From assembly GCA_026396065.1 (NCBI GenBank), contig JAPLXO010000008.1, forward strand, positions 1,056 through 65,055: a stretch of DNA of 64,000 bases. The letters run 5' to 3'. Below the pieces are notes generated by a model. The model worked only from the letters and a program-made list of their open reading frames with translations. It was not told the DNA's origin and did not search any database. The translations under genes and the position numbers were made by a program. Source of the DNA: Candidatus Nomurabacteria bacterium. GTDB lineage: Bacteria; Patescibacteriota; Minisyncoccia; Phycocordibacterales; UBA9973. Shown piece after piece: positions 49,984-59,910 of the stretch (positions are counted from its first letter, which is position 1; every line of letters starts with the position of its first letter).

Positions 49984-50379
49984 ATGAAAACATATGAATC
50001 ATATCAAGCATTAATAAAGCCGTCTTGGGCACCACCGTCTTATGTCTTTGGTCCGGTGTGAACTTTTCTTTATATTTTAATTTTCATTTCTTTCGGGAAA
50101 GTTTTTATGATGACTTATGAGAAAACTATTCCATTTATCGTAGCTTTGCCATTTATTTTAAATTTAATTTTTAATATTCTTTATACACCTATTATGTTTG
50201 GTTTGAAGAATACTACACTCGCATCACTCGATATTCTCCTCGTCCTCTGCACACTCATTTGGGCTATCATTGCCATTTTCCCTCATGTTCGATGGATTGC
50301 TTATATCCAAATCCCATACTTGGTTTGGGTATGTATTGCGACAACATTGCAGCTCTCTATATATTGGCTAAACAAATAA
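49984..50379 (+). pseudogene. TspO/MBR paralogue with in-frame TGA at the conserved Trp position
   Basis: ATG at 49984 encodes MKTYESYQALIKPSWAPPSYVFGPV-TGA-TFLY; the intact copy at 12720 has GPVWTVLY. Frame continues into ORF 50107-50379. Confidence 0.6.
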
Positions 50380-50392
50380 TTTTTTAGTAAAT

Positions 50393-51037
50393 ATGAAAAA
50401 ATTTCAAAAAATGCTAATAGTTTCTTTTTTAGCACTTTTTCTAGTGCCCGCTTTTACTTTTGCGCATCAACCTCGTATTGTCGAAAGTAGGCAAAATATC
50501 GTGCCAAACCCAGAAATTTCAAAAGCATATTATGCTACTTTGGCTGGTGAGCCAGACGTGTATATTATCAACGCAGATACAGCTTTTGATTTGTATGTAA
50601 ATATTCTCGTGCCAGATATTGCTGGTCAAAAGAAAGATGTCTCTGTCGAGATTTTAAAAGACGGGGATAAAAGCCCGCTCGCTACGCTCGCGGGCCAACC
50701 CTCCGACTGGAAAAAATTCTACGAACCTTTCGGTGCGGATACTTACTGGATGGGTCCTGAATACAAGGCTCGAGCCGAGGCTGGCACATACGAGATTCGT
50801 GTATCGAGCCCAAACAATGATACAAAATATTCACTCGCTATTGGTGAGCTAGAAAAGTTTGATTCTAAAGAGGGGATGAATGCACTCATCTCGATTCCAC
50901 AAATCAAGATGCACTTTTTCAATAAATCATTTTTCAGTATTTTCAAATCACCATTTATCTATGGACCATCTTTGGTTTTGGTAGTAGTAATTATCTTAGT
51001 GATTTTTATTATTAGAAGAATTAAGCATAGGAAATAA
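50393..51037 (+). CDS. hypothetical secreted protein with C-terminal TM anchor
   Basis: Signal peptide MKKFQKMLIVSFLALFLVPAFTFA, C-terminal hydrophobic helix + RRIKHRK. Confidence 0.5.
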   Translation: MKKFQKMLIVSFLALFLVPAFTFAHQPRIVESRQNIVPNPEISKAYYATLAGEPDVYIINADTAFDLYVNILVPDIAGQKKDVSVEILKDGDKSPLATLAGQPSDWKKFYEPFGADTYWMGPEYKARAEAGTYEIRVSSPNNDTKYSLAIGELEKFDSKEGMNALISIPQIKMHFFNKSFFSIFKSPFIYGPSLVLVVVIILVIFIIRRIKHRK

Positions 51038-51038
51038 C

Positions 51039-51479
51039 ATGCAAACAATATCTTTATTTATACTTTTAGCTGGTTTTATTATCGGCCTCGGTGCAGTGAC
51101 TGTGATAGATCTGCATGGATTCCTAGGCCGTAAATCAGCGTATTGGACTGAAGCAACGACTCGCACACACAAAGTCACCAAGCCTTTGATTTGGATTGGA
51201 ATGCTACTCGTAATTATCGGTGGAATATTTTTCTATCGCGGTGTGCCGTTTACAGGTATTTTACTTTTCCATGTCATCTCTGTACCTATTATGCTTTTGA
51301 ATGGCGTTTTCCTTTCTTTTTCTGTGAGTCCGTTCTTACTCAATCGTGAAAAGGAAGGCCGACAAGCCGAACTCTTGCCACAATCTTGGCAGAATAAAAT
51401 AATTTTTTCATTTATGCTTTCGTTTGTTTCATGGTGGGGGAATTTAGCAGTGTTGGTCTATTTCCTCACAATAAAATAA
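51039..51479 (+). CDS. hypothetical membrane protein
   Basis: 4 TM ORF. Confidence 0.45.
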   Translation: MQTISLFILLAGFIIGLGAVTVIDLHGFLGRKSAYWTEATTRTHKVTKPLIWIGMLLVIIGGIFFYRGVPFTGILLFHVISVPIMLLNGVFLSFSVSPFLLNREKEGRQAELLPQSWQNKIIFSFMLSFVSWWGNLAVLVYFLTIK

Positions 51480-51480
51480 A

Positions 51481-51996
51481 ATGTCTTTCAAAAAGAAAAA
51501 AGTAATAGTGAATGATGAAATGCAGAAAAAGTATGTATACTTTTTGACTGAGCCTGTGGGTAAACATTTCGATCCTGATTTCAAGCCAGATCTGACGCCC
51601 AAGGAAATGCTTTCCTTGGGCGTCTTCGGTGGCCGCTACCTCACCGATTGTAAAAAAGAATTTCCAAAAGACTGGTTCACTCGTGCGAAACTTTCTCCAC
51701 ATCATCATGATAAAAAATTAAATTATTTCGGTGTCGATGCGAGCCAGTCCTTATCAACCTGGAAGAAAAATGGATGGATTCACCCTATGGACCCGCGTGG
51801 CTGGTTTCAATGGTATTGCCGGTATTATATGGGACGAAGAATTCCCGATGAAGATGCACGACAAATAAAACGCTGGCGGATGATGCGACGACATGTCGCC
51901 CAAATACACAACAATTGCCGAGTAGGGGATATTTTCTGTCGCCCCCGCCAACGCCAAGCCCTCCTCCACTGGGCGTATGATAGTAGAAAGATTTGA
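51481..51996 (+). CDS. hypothetical protein, compositional outlier (GC-rich, Arg/Trp-rich)
   Basis: 171-aa ORF whose GC content is visibly higher than flanking genes. Confidence 0.5.
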   Translation: MSFKKKKVIVNDEMQKKYVYFLTEPVGKHFDPDFKPDLTPKEMLSLGVFGGRYLTDCKKEFPKDWFTRAKLSPHHHDKKLNYFGVDASQSLSTWKKNGWIHPMDPRGWFQWYCRYYMGRRIPDEDARQIKRWRMMRRHVAQIHNNCRVGDIFCRPRQRQALLHWAYDSRKI

Positions 51997-52017
51997 TGTT
52001 TTTGGTATAATTTATAT

Positions 52018-52524
52018 ATGGAAAATAACTATGCCTTTATAGATGGTCAAAACCTGTATCTAGGAACACAAGCAGAGAATTTTGATTTAGATCTAGCTCG
52101 CTTTAGGATTTACTTAAAAGAGAAATATAAAGTAAGCGTAGCTTATTATTTTTTAGGTTGTATATTTGATGCAAATACAGAATTGTATGATGAAATACAG
52201 AAAGCTGGTTTTGTCCTAAAATTTAGAGAACATAATTCAAATATGATAGGCAATAAAAAGGGTAATGTCGATACGGATGTTGTTTTTGAAATGATGCGTA
52301 GTTTGATAAATGAAAACCAAATGTCTAAAATAGTTCTAGTGTCTGGTGATGGTGATTATAAAAAAGTTGTTGACTATTTGATTAAAAAAGATAAATTTTT
52401 AAAAATACTTTTTCCTAACAATCGCTACTCTTCTTTGTATAAAGAAATCACTGTAAAATATTTTGATAAATTGTGTGATGAACACGTAAGATCAAAAATT
52501 GAGCAAAAGAAAAAGCGAACTTAG
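52018..52524 (+). CDS. NYN domain protein (LabA-like PIN-fold nuclease family)
   Basis: AFIDGQNLYLG N-terminus and VLVSGDGDYKKVVDYL motif. Confidence 0.7.
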   Translation: MENNYAFIDGQNLYLGTQAENFDLDLARFRIYLKEKYKVSVAYYFLGCIFDANTELYDEIQKAGFVLKFREHNSNMIGNKKGNVDTDVVFEMMRSLINENQMSKIVLVSGDGDYKKVVDYLIKKDKFLKILFPNNRYSSLYKEITVKYFDKLCDEHVRSKIEQKKKRT

Positions 52525-52673
52525 GGATCGCCCCGTTCGCTTGCTTTTTCGTTGTTATAAATACATTATATACTGATGAACACGTAAGATCAAAAATTGA
52601 GCAAAAGAAAAAGCGAACTTAGGGATCGCCCCGTTCGCTTGCTTTTTCGTTGTTATAAATACATTATATACTG
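52478..52673 (+). repeat. perfect 98-bp tandem duplication (3' end of NYN gene + terminator)
   Basis: 52478-52575 and 52576-52673 are identical; each contains the hairpin aaagcgaac..gttcgcttgcttttt. Confidence 0.8.
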
Positions 52674-52798
52674 TTTACATTTGTAAGTAAAGTCAACTAT
52701 TTGTGAAAATAGTATTTGAGGTTATTTAATATTGAAAAATCCTTAAAAATAAGGTCAAATTTTGAAATTTCCTTAAAATGTGCTATAATTGTGAGGTT

Positions 52799-55180
52799 AT
52801 GGATAAAAAATCCCTTACAGAACAAGATATTTGTTCAAAATACGTTCTACCAGCAATTCTCGATTCAGGATGGGATTTACATACTCAAATACGTGAACAA
52901 TGGACATTCACTTCCGGCAGAATTATGGTTCATGGAAAAACTATTTCTCGCGGTGATAAAAAGCGTGCTGATTTTATTTTATATTACAAAAACAATTTCC
53001 CAATAGCTGTCGTTGAAGCAAAAGATAATACACATTCTGCTGGAGCAGGTCTCGAACAAGCAAAACAATATGCAGAAATTTTAAATATTCCATTTGCGTA
53101 TAGTACCAATGGTGATGAATTTGTAGAATATGATTTTTTAATTGGTACAGAAAAAACTTTTCCATTAAATGAATTTCCAGATCGAGAAGAATTAATGCGT
53201 CGTTTCTCAGAATCAAAAGATTACAATCAAGAACAAAAAGAAGTAATTCTTCAAGATTATTTTATAGATCCTTCAGGTAAGGGGCCTCGTTATTATCAAG
53301 AAAATGCTATAAACAAAGTTGTCGAAGCTGTAGCCAAAGGAAAAGATAGACTTCTTTTAGTAATGGCAACCGGAACAGGAAAGACATATACAGCATTTCA
53401 GATAATTTACAGACTTTGGAAATCAAAGAAAAAGAAAAGAATTTTATTTCTCGTAGATCGTACAGCTTTGGCTCAACAGACAATGCAAGGTGACTTTCGT
53501 CATTTTGGTGGAGCGATGACTCGTATTAAAAATGGTACAGTAGATAAAGCATATGAGATTTATGTTGCTTTATATCAAGGTCTCACTGGTGGTAGTAATT
53601 CTGAAAATGATATAGAAGCTGAAGAAGAAAAGAAAAAACTCTTTCAAGAATTTTCTCCTAATTTTTTTGATCTTATTGTTGTAGACGAGTGTCATCGTGG
53701 TAGTAGTAATGAAAATAGTGCATGGAGAGAAATTTTGAATCACTATACTAGTGCAACACAGATTGGTATGACTGCTACACCAAAAGAAACCACCGATATG
53801 AGTACTGAGGAATACTTTGGTAAGTCTGTATATACATATTCATTAAAACAAGGTATTGATGATGGATTCCTTGCACCATATAAGGTTATTCGTTATAGAT
53901 TCAATAACGACGAATGGCGTCCGATAGAAGGTTTTCGTGACGTAAATGGAGAAATTGTTCCTGATGAGATTTATACCGAAGGTATGTTTGACCGTACTAT
54001 CATTATAGATGAACGTAATAGAGCAGTAGCAAAATGTATTGCAGATTTTATGAGAGATACTGATGTGTATCAGAAAACAATTGTTTTCTGTGTTGATATC
54101 GCACATGCAGAGCGTATGCGTACTTGTTTGACGAATGAATTAAAAGAACAAACAAAAGAAAATTCTAGATTTATAGTAAAGATAACAGGGGATGATACTT
54201 TTGGAAAAATGGAAATTGAAAATTTTATTAATCCCGAATCTCGATATCCAGTTATCGCGACGACTTCAAAGCTTCTTTCTACTGGAGTTGATACAAAGAC
54301 AGTTAAACTCATTGTCCTTGATTCACCTATGAATTCAATGACAGAATTCAAGCAAATCATTGGTCGTGGTACACGTGTCGAAGAGCAATACGGAAAATAT
54401 TATTTTACTATTATGGATTTTAGAAATGTTACTCGTCTTTTTGCTGACAAAGATTTCGATGGTGATCCTGTGAAAGTCTATGATGTTGATGGAAAAGATC
54501 CTGTTGATATTGAGAGCTTGATGAACGAAGAAACAAGGTCTGAAGAAATGATAAAAGAATTAGATCCGTTGGCTGAAGTTTTGATTGATGGTACTCAAAC
54601 AGAAGAAAAACCAAAAAAGATTCGTATCAAAGACGGAGTTGATTTTTATCCTATTCATCAAGAAGTAAAATATATCGATCCGAAGACAGGTAAACTCATT
54701 ACTGAATCATTAAAAGATTTTTCAAAGAAAACAATTATTTCTGAGTATGCATCTATTGATGAATTTCTGACTCGTTGGAAAGAAATAGAAAGAAAAGACA
54801 TCATCGTAAATGAATTACTCGATCGCGGTGTTGCTTTTGAAGAGCTTCGTAAAGAATCCGGTAAAGACCTCGATGTGTTTGATTTGATTTTACATGTTGC
54901 CTATGGCAAGAAGCCGATGACTCGTAGTGAAAGAGTTAAAAAAGTTCACGCAAATGATTATTTTGGAAAATATGAAGGCAAAGCAAGGGAAATAATAGAC
55001 TTATTACTTACAAAATATACAGACCAAGGTATTACTGCTATTGATGGTATTGAAGATTTGATGGTTTCTCCATTTACCGACTATGGTACTCCTATAGAAA
55101 TAGTTGAGGATATTTTTGGAGGTAGAGAATCCTATATGGAAGTTATCAAAAACATAGAAAATAGTTTATACTCAGATTAA
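52799..55180 (+). CDS. hsdR: type I restriction enzyme R subunit
   Basis: N-terminal HsdR nuclease region, helicase motifs VMATGTGKTYTA and VVDECHRG (DEAH), motif VI QIIGRGTR. Confidence 0.85.
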   Translation: MDKKSLTEQDICSKYVLPAILDSGWDLHTQIREQWTFTSGRIMVHGKTISRGDKKRADFILYYKNNFPIAVVEAKDNTHSAGAGLEQAKQYAEILNIPFAYSTNGDEFVEYDFLIGTEKTFPLNEFPDREELMRRFSESKDYNQEQKEVILQDYFIDPSGKGPRYYQENAINKVVEAVAKGKDRLLLVMATGTGKTYTAFQIIYRLWKSKKKKRILFLVDRTALAQQTMQGDFRHFGGAMTRIKNGTVDKAYEIYVALYQGLTGGSNSENDIEAEEEKKKLFQEFSPNFFDLIVVDECHRGSSNENSAWREILNHYTSATQIGMTATPKETTDMSTEEYFGKSVYTYSLKQGIDDGFLAPYKVIRYRFNNDEWRPIEGFRDVNGEIVPDEIYTEGMFDRTIIIDERNRAVAKCIADFMRDTDVYQKTIVFCVDIAHAERMRTCLTNELKEQTKENSRFIVKITGDDTFGKMEIENFINPESRYPVIATTSKLLSTGVDTKTVKLIVLDSPMNSMTEFKQIIGRGTRVEEQYGKYYFTIMDFRNVTRLFADKDFDGDPVKVYDVDGKDPVDIESLMNEETRSEEMIKELDPLAEVLIDGTQTEEKPKKIRIKDGVDFYPIHQEVKYIDPKTGKLITESLKDFSKKTIISEYASIDEFLTRWKEIERKDIIVNELLDRGVAFEELRKESGKDLDVFDLILHVAYGKKPMTRSERVKKVHANDYFGKYEGKAREIIDLLLTKYTDQGITAIDGIEDLMVSPFTDYGTPIEIVEDIFGGRESYMEVIKNIENSLYSD

Positions 55181-55183
55181 TAT

Positions 55184-56605
55184 ATGTCATCCCAAATTCA
55201 ATCAATCATAAAAAATATTCAAGATGAAATGCGCAAAGACGCAGGGCTCGATGGTGATGCACAACGTATCTCACAGCTTGTATGGATGCTATTCTTGAAA
55301 ATTTTTGATGACCGTGAAAAGAACTTGGAACTCATTGATCCAAAATATGTTTCTCCAATTCCTGAAAAATTCCGTTATCGTAATTGGGCTGTTGATGATG
55401 AAGGCATCACTGGCCAAGATCTTGCAGACTTCATCGATAAAGAGCTTTTCCCTGCACTCAAAAATCTTTCCATTTCCGATACTGATACTCGTGGATTCTT
55501 GATAAAGAATATCTTTACTGATACGTATAACTATATGAAGAATGGTACGCTCATTCGTAAAGTTTTTAATAAAATAAATGAAATAAATTTCAATAAAAAA
55601 GACGACCGTCATGCATTCGGAGATTTGTATGAAAAGATTTTGAAAGATCTTCAAAATGCTGGAAATGCAGGGGAGTTCTATACACCACGCCCACTGACGA
55701 AATTCGTGGTAGATATGGTCGATCCAAAGTTTGGTGATACAATCCTCGATCCTGCATGTGGCACAGGAGGATTCCTCGTCAATGCACTCGAGCATATGCG
55801 TGCTGGTGTAAAAACTGCAAATGATGAAAAGAAACTACATTCATTCGTAAACGGTGTAGAGCTCAAACCACTTCCACACATGCTCGCTATTACAAATATG
55901 ATTCTCCATGGAGTTGAAGACCCCTCTACTATTCTTCGTGGCGATATGCTTTCTCGTCCATATACTGATTATGGTCCGAAAGATCGCGTCGATGTTATTC
56001 TTGCAAATCCACCTTTCGGGGGTACTGTTACTGATGGCACAGAATTAAATTTCCCATCACAATTCCGCACAAAAAGTACTGCAGAATTATTTCTTGTTTT
56101 ATTTGTTCACTTATTAAAAGATGGCGGTAGGGCTGGTATAGTTTTACCCGATGGGTCTTTATTTGGTGATGGAGTTATTGCAAAGGTTAGAGAATATCTT
56201 ATGACTGAATGTAACCTTCACACTATTGTCCGTCTTCCTCCGGGAGTTTTCAATCCATATGCAGGAGTAAATACAAACTTACTCTTTTTCACTAAAGGTG
56301 AGCCTACAAAAGAAGTTTGGTATTACCAGATGAAGCTTCCAGCTGGACTTCGTGCTTATACAAAGACCAAGCCTATTACAGATGCAGAATTTGATACAGT
56401 CAAAGAATGGTGGAAAAATCGTGCCGATTTTTCCACCGACAACGCATGGTGTGTTTCCATCGAAGACATAAAAGCTAAAAATTGGAATTTGGACTTCAAG
56501 AATCCAAAGGGTGGGGAAGTAGAGGAAGAATTCGGGTCGAAAGAATTGGTTGAGAGAATTTTTGGAAAAGAAGAGGAAATTAAAAAGATTTTGAAGAATA
56601 TATAA
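55184..56605 (+). CDS. hsdM: type I restriction-modification N6-adenine DNA methyltransferase subunit
   Basis: HsdM N-terminal domain, motif I DPACGTGGFL, motif IV ILANPPFGG. Confidence 0.85.
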   Translation: MSSQIQSIIKNIQDEMRKDAGLDGDAQRISQLVWMLFLKIFDDREKNLELIDPKYVSPIPEKFRYRNWAVDDEGITGQDLADFIDKELFPALKNLSISDTDTRGFLIKNIFTDTYNYMKNGTLIRKVFNKINEINFNKKDDRHAFGDLYEKILKDLQNAGNAGEFYTPRPLTKFVVDMVDPKFGDTILDPACGTGGFLVNALEHMRAGVKTANDEKKLHSFVNGVELKPLPHMLAITNMILHGVEDPSTILRGDMLSRPYTDYGPKDRVDVILANPPFGGTVTDGTELNFPSQFRTKSTAELFLVLFVHLLKDGGRAGIVLPDGSLFGDGVIAKVREYLMTECNLHTIVRLPPGVFNPYAGVNTNLLFFTKGEPTKEVWYYQMKLPAGLRAYTKTKPITDAEFDTVKEWWKNRADFSTDNAWCVSIEDIKAKNWNLDFKNPKGGEVEEEFGSKELVERIFGKEEEIKKILKNI

Positions 56606-56606
56606 T

Positions 56607-57062
56607 ATGGATGAGCAAATCATTAAAATTAAAACAATAATGACAGAAGTTTCTACTGGAGTTGCTAGAATTCAAGAGATGAATGACACTTATAAAGTTT
56701 TATATAAAGAAATTGCTAGTTATTGCAAAGAATATAGTATCAAAAATACTAACCCGTATTCTGATTTATGGGAATTTTATAGTTATTGGTCAAAAAAACT
56801 TCCTAAATATTCTGATAGAAGATCATATATTATTGAGTTATATAAAAAATTTGGTTTAGGAAAAGAACAAAAGAAGAATTTACGAATTACTACATTTTAT
56901 GTAAATAAAGATAGGATTAAAGAAATACAAAAAATTAAATCTTTGTCCTTTGATTTCAAAAAATTATCAAAACTTTGTGAAGAAATAAATATTTTGGGTA
57001 TAAAAATTTTTCAGATGTATGTGCACAATATGGTAAAAAAAGTTTTAAAGAAGTATCATTAA
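56607..57062 (+). CDS. hypothetical protein embedded in type I RM operon (gene A)
   Basis: 151-aa ORF starting 1 nt after hsdM stop; no motif recognised. Confidence 0.5.
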   Translation: MDEQIIKIKTIMTEVSTGVARIQEMNDTYKVLYKEIASYCKEYSIKNTNPYSDLWEFYSYWSKKLPKYSDRRSYIIELYKKFGLGKEQKKNLRITTFYVNKDRIKEIQKIKSLSFDFKKLSKLCEEINILGIKIFQMYVHNMVKKVLKKYH

Positions 57063-57208
57063 GGCTTAATGAATCTTCGAGGAAGATTGCTGATTCTTAT
57101 TTACATGATCCTATAAGAAAAAAAGAAACACTACCAAATAAAACACAAGTTAACTTTTCTCAAGAGCTCGATTATGTATTATCAGAAATGTTGTCTCTTA
57201 CTTAATAT

Positions 57209-58726
57209 ATGAAAGAAAATGAAGCAAAAATACACTTTTCAGATTTTTTTAAGGTAAGTCATGATTTAGTTGAGAATTATGGTGCTCTTGATATATCACT
57301 TCTATCAGATAATCCTGCTTTCGTGGATCCATTTTTAATTTTCTATAGTAAAAAAAGTGAATACGAAGTGTTGCATAAGCAGATTATTGAATATATTTTT
57401 TTCTTAAAAAGAAATAGTGATAATGGTAATTATTTAGAAACTAATTATAAATTTCCAGAAGTTAGCCAAACATGGTTAGGATATTCAAGACATGGAAATA
57501 AAGGGAGAGGTCTTGGTCCGAAGTTTGCTAAAGAGTTAGATAAAAATTTGACGGAAATATTTTTTGAATTACAAGATAGTAAAATTACTAAAAGTCCACA
57601 TTTAGAAAAACTTTGTCTAGTTGCTAAGGGTGTTGGGGTTGATAATATTAGTGATTTTACACTTAATCTTGTTAAAGGTTATTTAATTAAATATACAAAA
57701 AATTTTTGTAAGGAAAATGTCAATCCTAAATTTTTAAACGATTTTGGTATTTCTAGAATTGAATTTGATTTTGAAAAAGGAATTTGGATTGATGGAGTGG
57801 CAAGTTTGCCATTCATTTATAATGAAAAAGGATTGAAAGAATACGTATTATTAACTCCTAAGGATATTTTAGTAAAAGAAGAAGATTGGATTTCAAAAAG
57901 CGATTTTCTTAAACATGACAGTGTTATTTTAAATAGAATTGATAATCAGGATTTAAGAGATAAAATTAATCAATATTTTAATGCATTGATTCCAGTTAAA
58001 ATAAACAAAAAAGGTAAAAAAGTTCCGGATAATTCTCAAAAAAATAGAAAAGAAGCGTTAATAGAAACTGCTAAAAAATATACAATATTATTAGAGTATT
58101 ATATACGATATAAAGAAAATGAAGGATCTCCTGTTGTTAAAAGAAACTTAGAGGATGTTTCTTTGATTAAAGATATTTTTTACTCAGAAGCAAGAAAAAT
58201 TGTGTCTGAATTAAAAAATGACACAGAATTTTATAAAAAACCACTTTCTTCACTCGAAGAAAGTATCAAGAAAATAAAGATATTTAAACATTATCTAGAG
58301 GACAGGAATAACTGTAGAATCTTTTGGGATGGTGAAAAGTTAAAAAAAATAAAAGAAGATGATATTGGAATATTATTAGATCTTATTTTTAACGAATCTT
58401 TGTTTTCTGTCGATAATCAAGTAAATAATGGCAGAGGTCCTTCTGATGTAAAAGTTTCAATGGGTAGAAAAGATTGTACTATTATTGAAATAAAACTTGC
58501 GTCAAATCCGCAAATGCCTAAAAATCTAAAAAATCAATTAGATATTTATAAAAAAGCTAACGATACTTACAATGGTGTCTATCTCATTGTATATTTTACA
58601 AATGATGAAAAAGTTAAGATGGAAATTTTATTAAAAAAGTTAAATATGTTTATATATATTGATAAATATATATTTCTTATTGATTGTCGAAAAAAGATTT
58701 CTGCATCTAAAGTAAATGAACTATGA
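57209..58726 (+). CDS. hypothetical protein embedded in type I RM operon (gene B), C-terminal PD-(D/E)xK-like motif
   Basis: 505-aa ORF; C-terminal region has hydrophobic-D (IGILLDLIF) then TIIEIKLAS (ExK). Its stop overlaps the hsdS start (ATGA). Confidence 0.5.
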   Translation: MKENEAKIHFSDFFKVSHDLVENYGALDISLLSDNPAFVDPFLIFYSKKSEYEVLHKQIIEYIFFLKRNSDNGNYLETNYKFPEVSQTWLGYSRHGNKGRGLGPKFAKELDKNLTEIFFELQDSKITKSPHLEKLCLVAKGVGVDNISDFTLNLVKGYLIKYTKNFCKENVNPKFLNDFGISRIEFDFEKGIWIDGVASLPFIYNEKGLKEYVLLTPKDILVKEEDWISKSDFLKHDSVILNRIDNQDLRDKINQYFNALIPVKINKKGKKVPDNSQKNRKEALIETAKKYTILLEYYIRYKENEGSPVVKRNLEDVSLIKDIFYSEARKIVSELKNDTEFYKKPLSSLEESIKKIKIFKHYLEDRNNCRIFWDGEKLKKIKEDDIGILLDLIFNESLFSVDNQVNNGRGPSDVKVSMGRKDCTIIEIKLASNPQMPKNLKNQLDIYKKANDTYNGVYLIVYFTNDEKVKMEILLKKLNMFIYIDKYIFLIDCRKKISASKVNEL

Positions 58727-59910
58727 AAACTAATTGGCAAACAAAAAAACTAAGTGAAGTTTGTACTATTGTTGGTGGTGGTACACCAAAAACTGGAATT
58801 TTCGAATATTGGGATGGTGATTTATGTTGGGTAACTCCCAAAGATCTTGGAAGACTTGATGGTTTTGAAATTTCGGAAACAGAAAGAAAAATTTCTGAAA
58901 TAGGACTTAAAAATTCTTCAGCACAAAAATTACCAATTGGTTCAGTAATTCTTTCTTCTCGTGCACCAATTGGTTATGTTGTTATTAATACAGTACCAAT
59001 GGCAACAAATCAAGGTTGTCGTAGTTTTGTTTGTGGTGCTTATATTTTTAATAAATATTTATATTATTTTCTTATTTCAAATACAGAGTTATTAAATTCA
59101 TTAGGTAGTGGCTCAACATTTTTAGAGGTTTCTGGTTCAAGGTTAAAAGAAATTGAAATTCCACTCCCATCACTCGAAACTCAAAAGAAAATCGTGGAGA
59201 TTTTGGATGAGAAATTTGCAAAGATTCGTGAAGCGAAAAGTTTACGTGAACAATCCATCACCGACACAGAAAAAATCCTTTCCCAAACTCTTCGTGAAAT
59301 TTTTGAAGAGGGTAAAGAAAAAGGATGGGAAGAAGATATTTTAAATAATGTTGCTGCAAAAGTTGCAGATGGTACACATGATACACCAAAATATCAATCA
59401 AAAGGTTTTCCTCTAATCACTTCAAAAAATCTTCTAGAATCTGGTCTAGATTTTTCTAATATAAAGTATATTTCTGAAGAAGATTATATTCAGATTAAAC
59501 AAAGATCAGGAGTAAATAAAGGAGACTTGCTTATTGCAATGATTGGAACTATTGGAAATATAACGAGAGTAGAAACAGAACAAAAATTTAGTATTAAAAA
59601 TGTTGGACTTATTAAACCAGATGAAGATAAGGTTTTAGGTAAATATATAATGTATTTTTTACATAATTCTAGATTGATGTCTTTGATAGAAAGTAAGGGT
59701 GCTACACAGAAATTTATTGCACTTGGACCAATTAGAAATATAAAAATTAAATTTCCATCACTTACAGAACAGAAGAAAATTGTAGAAAGATTAGATGCAC
59801 TTTCAGAAAAAATTCGACAAATGGTAGATTTGCAAAAATCACAACTTGAAGATTTTAAAAAATTAGAAAAATCATATCTCCGCGAAGCCTTCAACGGGGA
59901 ATTGATATAA
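58723..59910 (+). CDS. hsdS: type I restriction-modification specificity subunit
   Basis: Two target-recognition domains separated and followed by the conserved repeats IPLPSLETQKKIVEILDEKFAKI and IKFPSLTEQKKIVERLDALSEKI. Confidence 0.85.
   Translation: MKTNWQTKKLSEVCTIVGGGTPKTGIFEYWDGDLCWVTPKDLGRLDGFEISETERKISEIGLKNSSAQKLPIGSVILSSRAPIGYVVINTVPMATNQGCRSFVCGAYIFNKYLYYFLISNTELLNSLGSGSTFLEVSGSRLKEIEIPLPSLETQKKIVEILDEKFAKIREAKSLREQSITDTEKILSQTLREIFEEGKEKGWEEDILNNVAAKVADGTHDTPKYQSKGFPLITSKNLLESGLDFSNIKYISEEDYIQIKQRSGVNKGDLLIAMIGTIGNITRVETEQKFSIKNVGLIKPDEDKVLGKYIMYFLHNSRLMSLIESKGATQKFIALGPIRNIKIKFPSLTEQKKIVERLDALSEKIRQMVDLQKSQLEDFKKLEKSYLREAFNGELI

Noticed and set aside
25393-50061. Alternative genetic code (UGA=Trp/Gly or UAG sense) to explain the in-frame TGA (50059) and TAG (25393)
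   Set aside because: Standard-code translation gives intact full-length housekeeping genes throughout. rodA terminates with TGA and many genes with TAG or TAA, and RF2 is encoded. Two isolated in-frame stops in accessory genes are better explained by pseudogenisation or sequence error.
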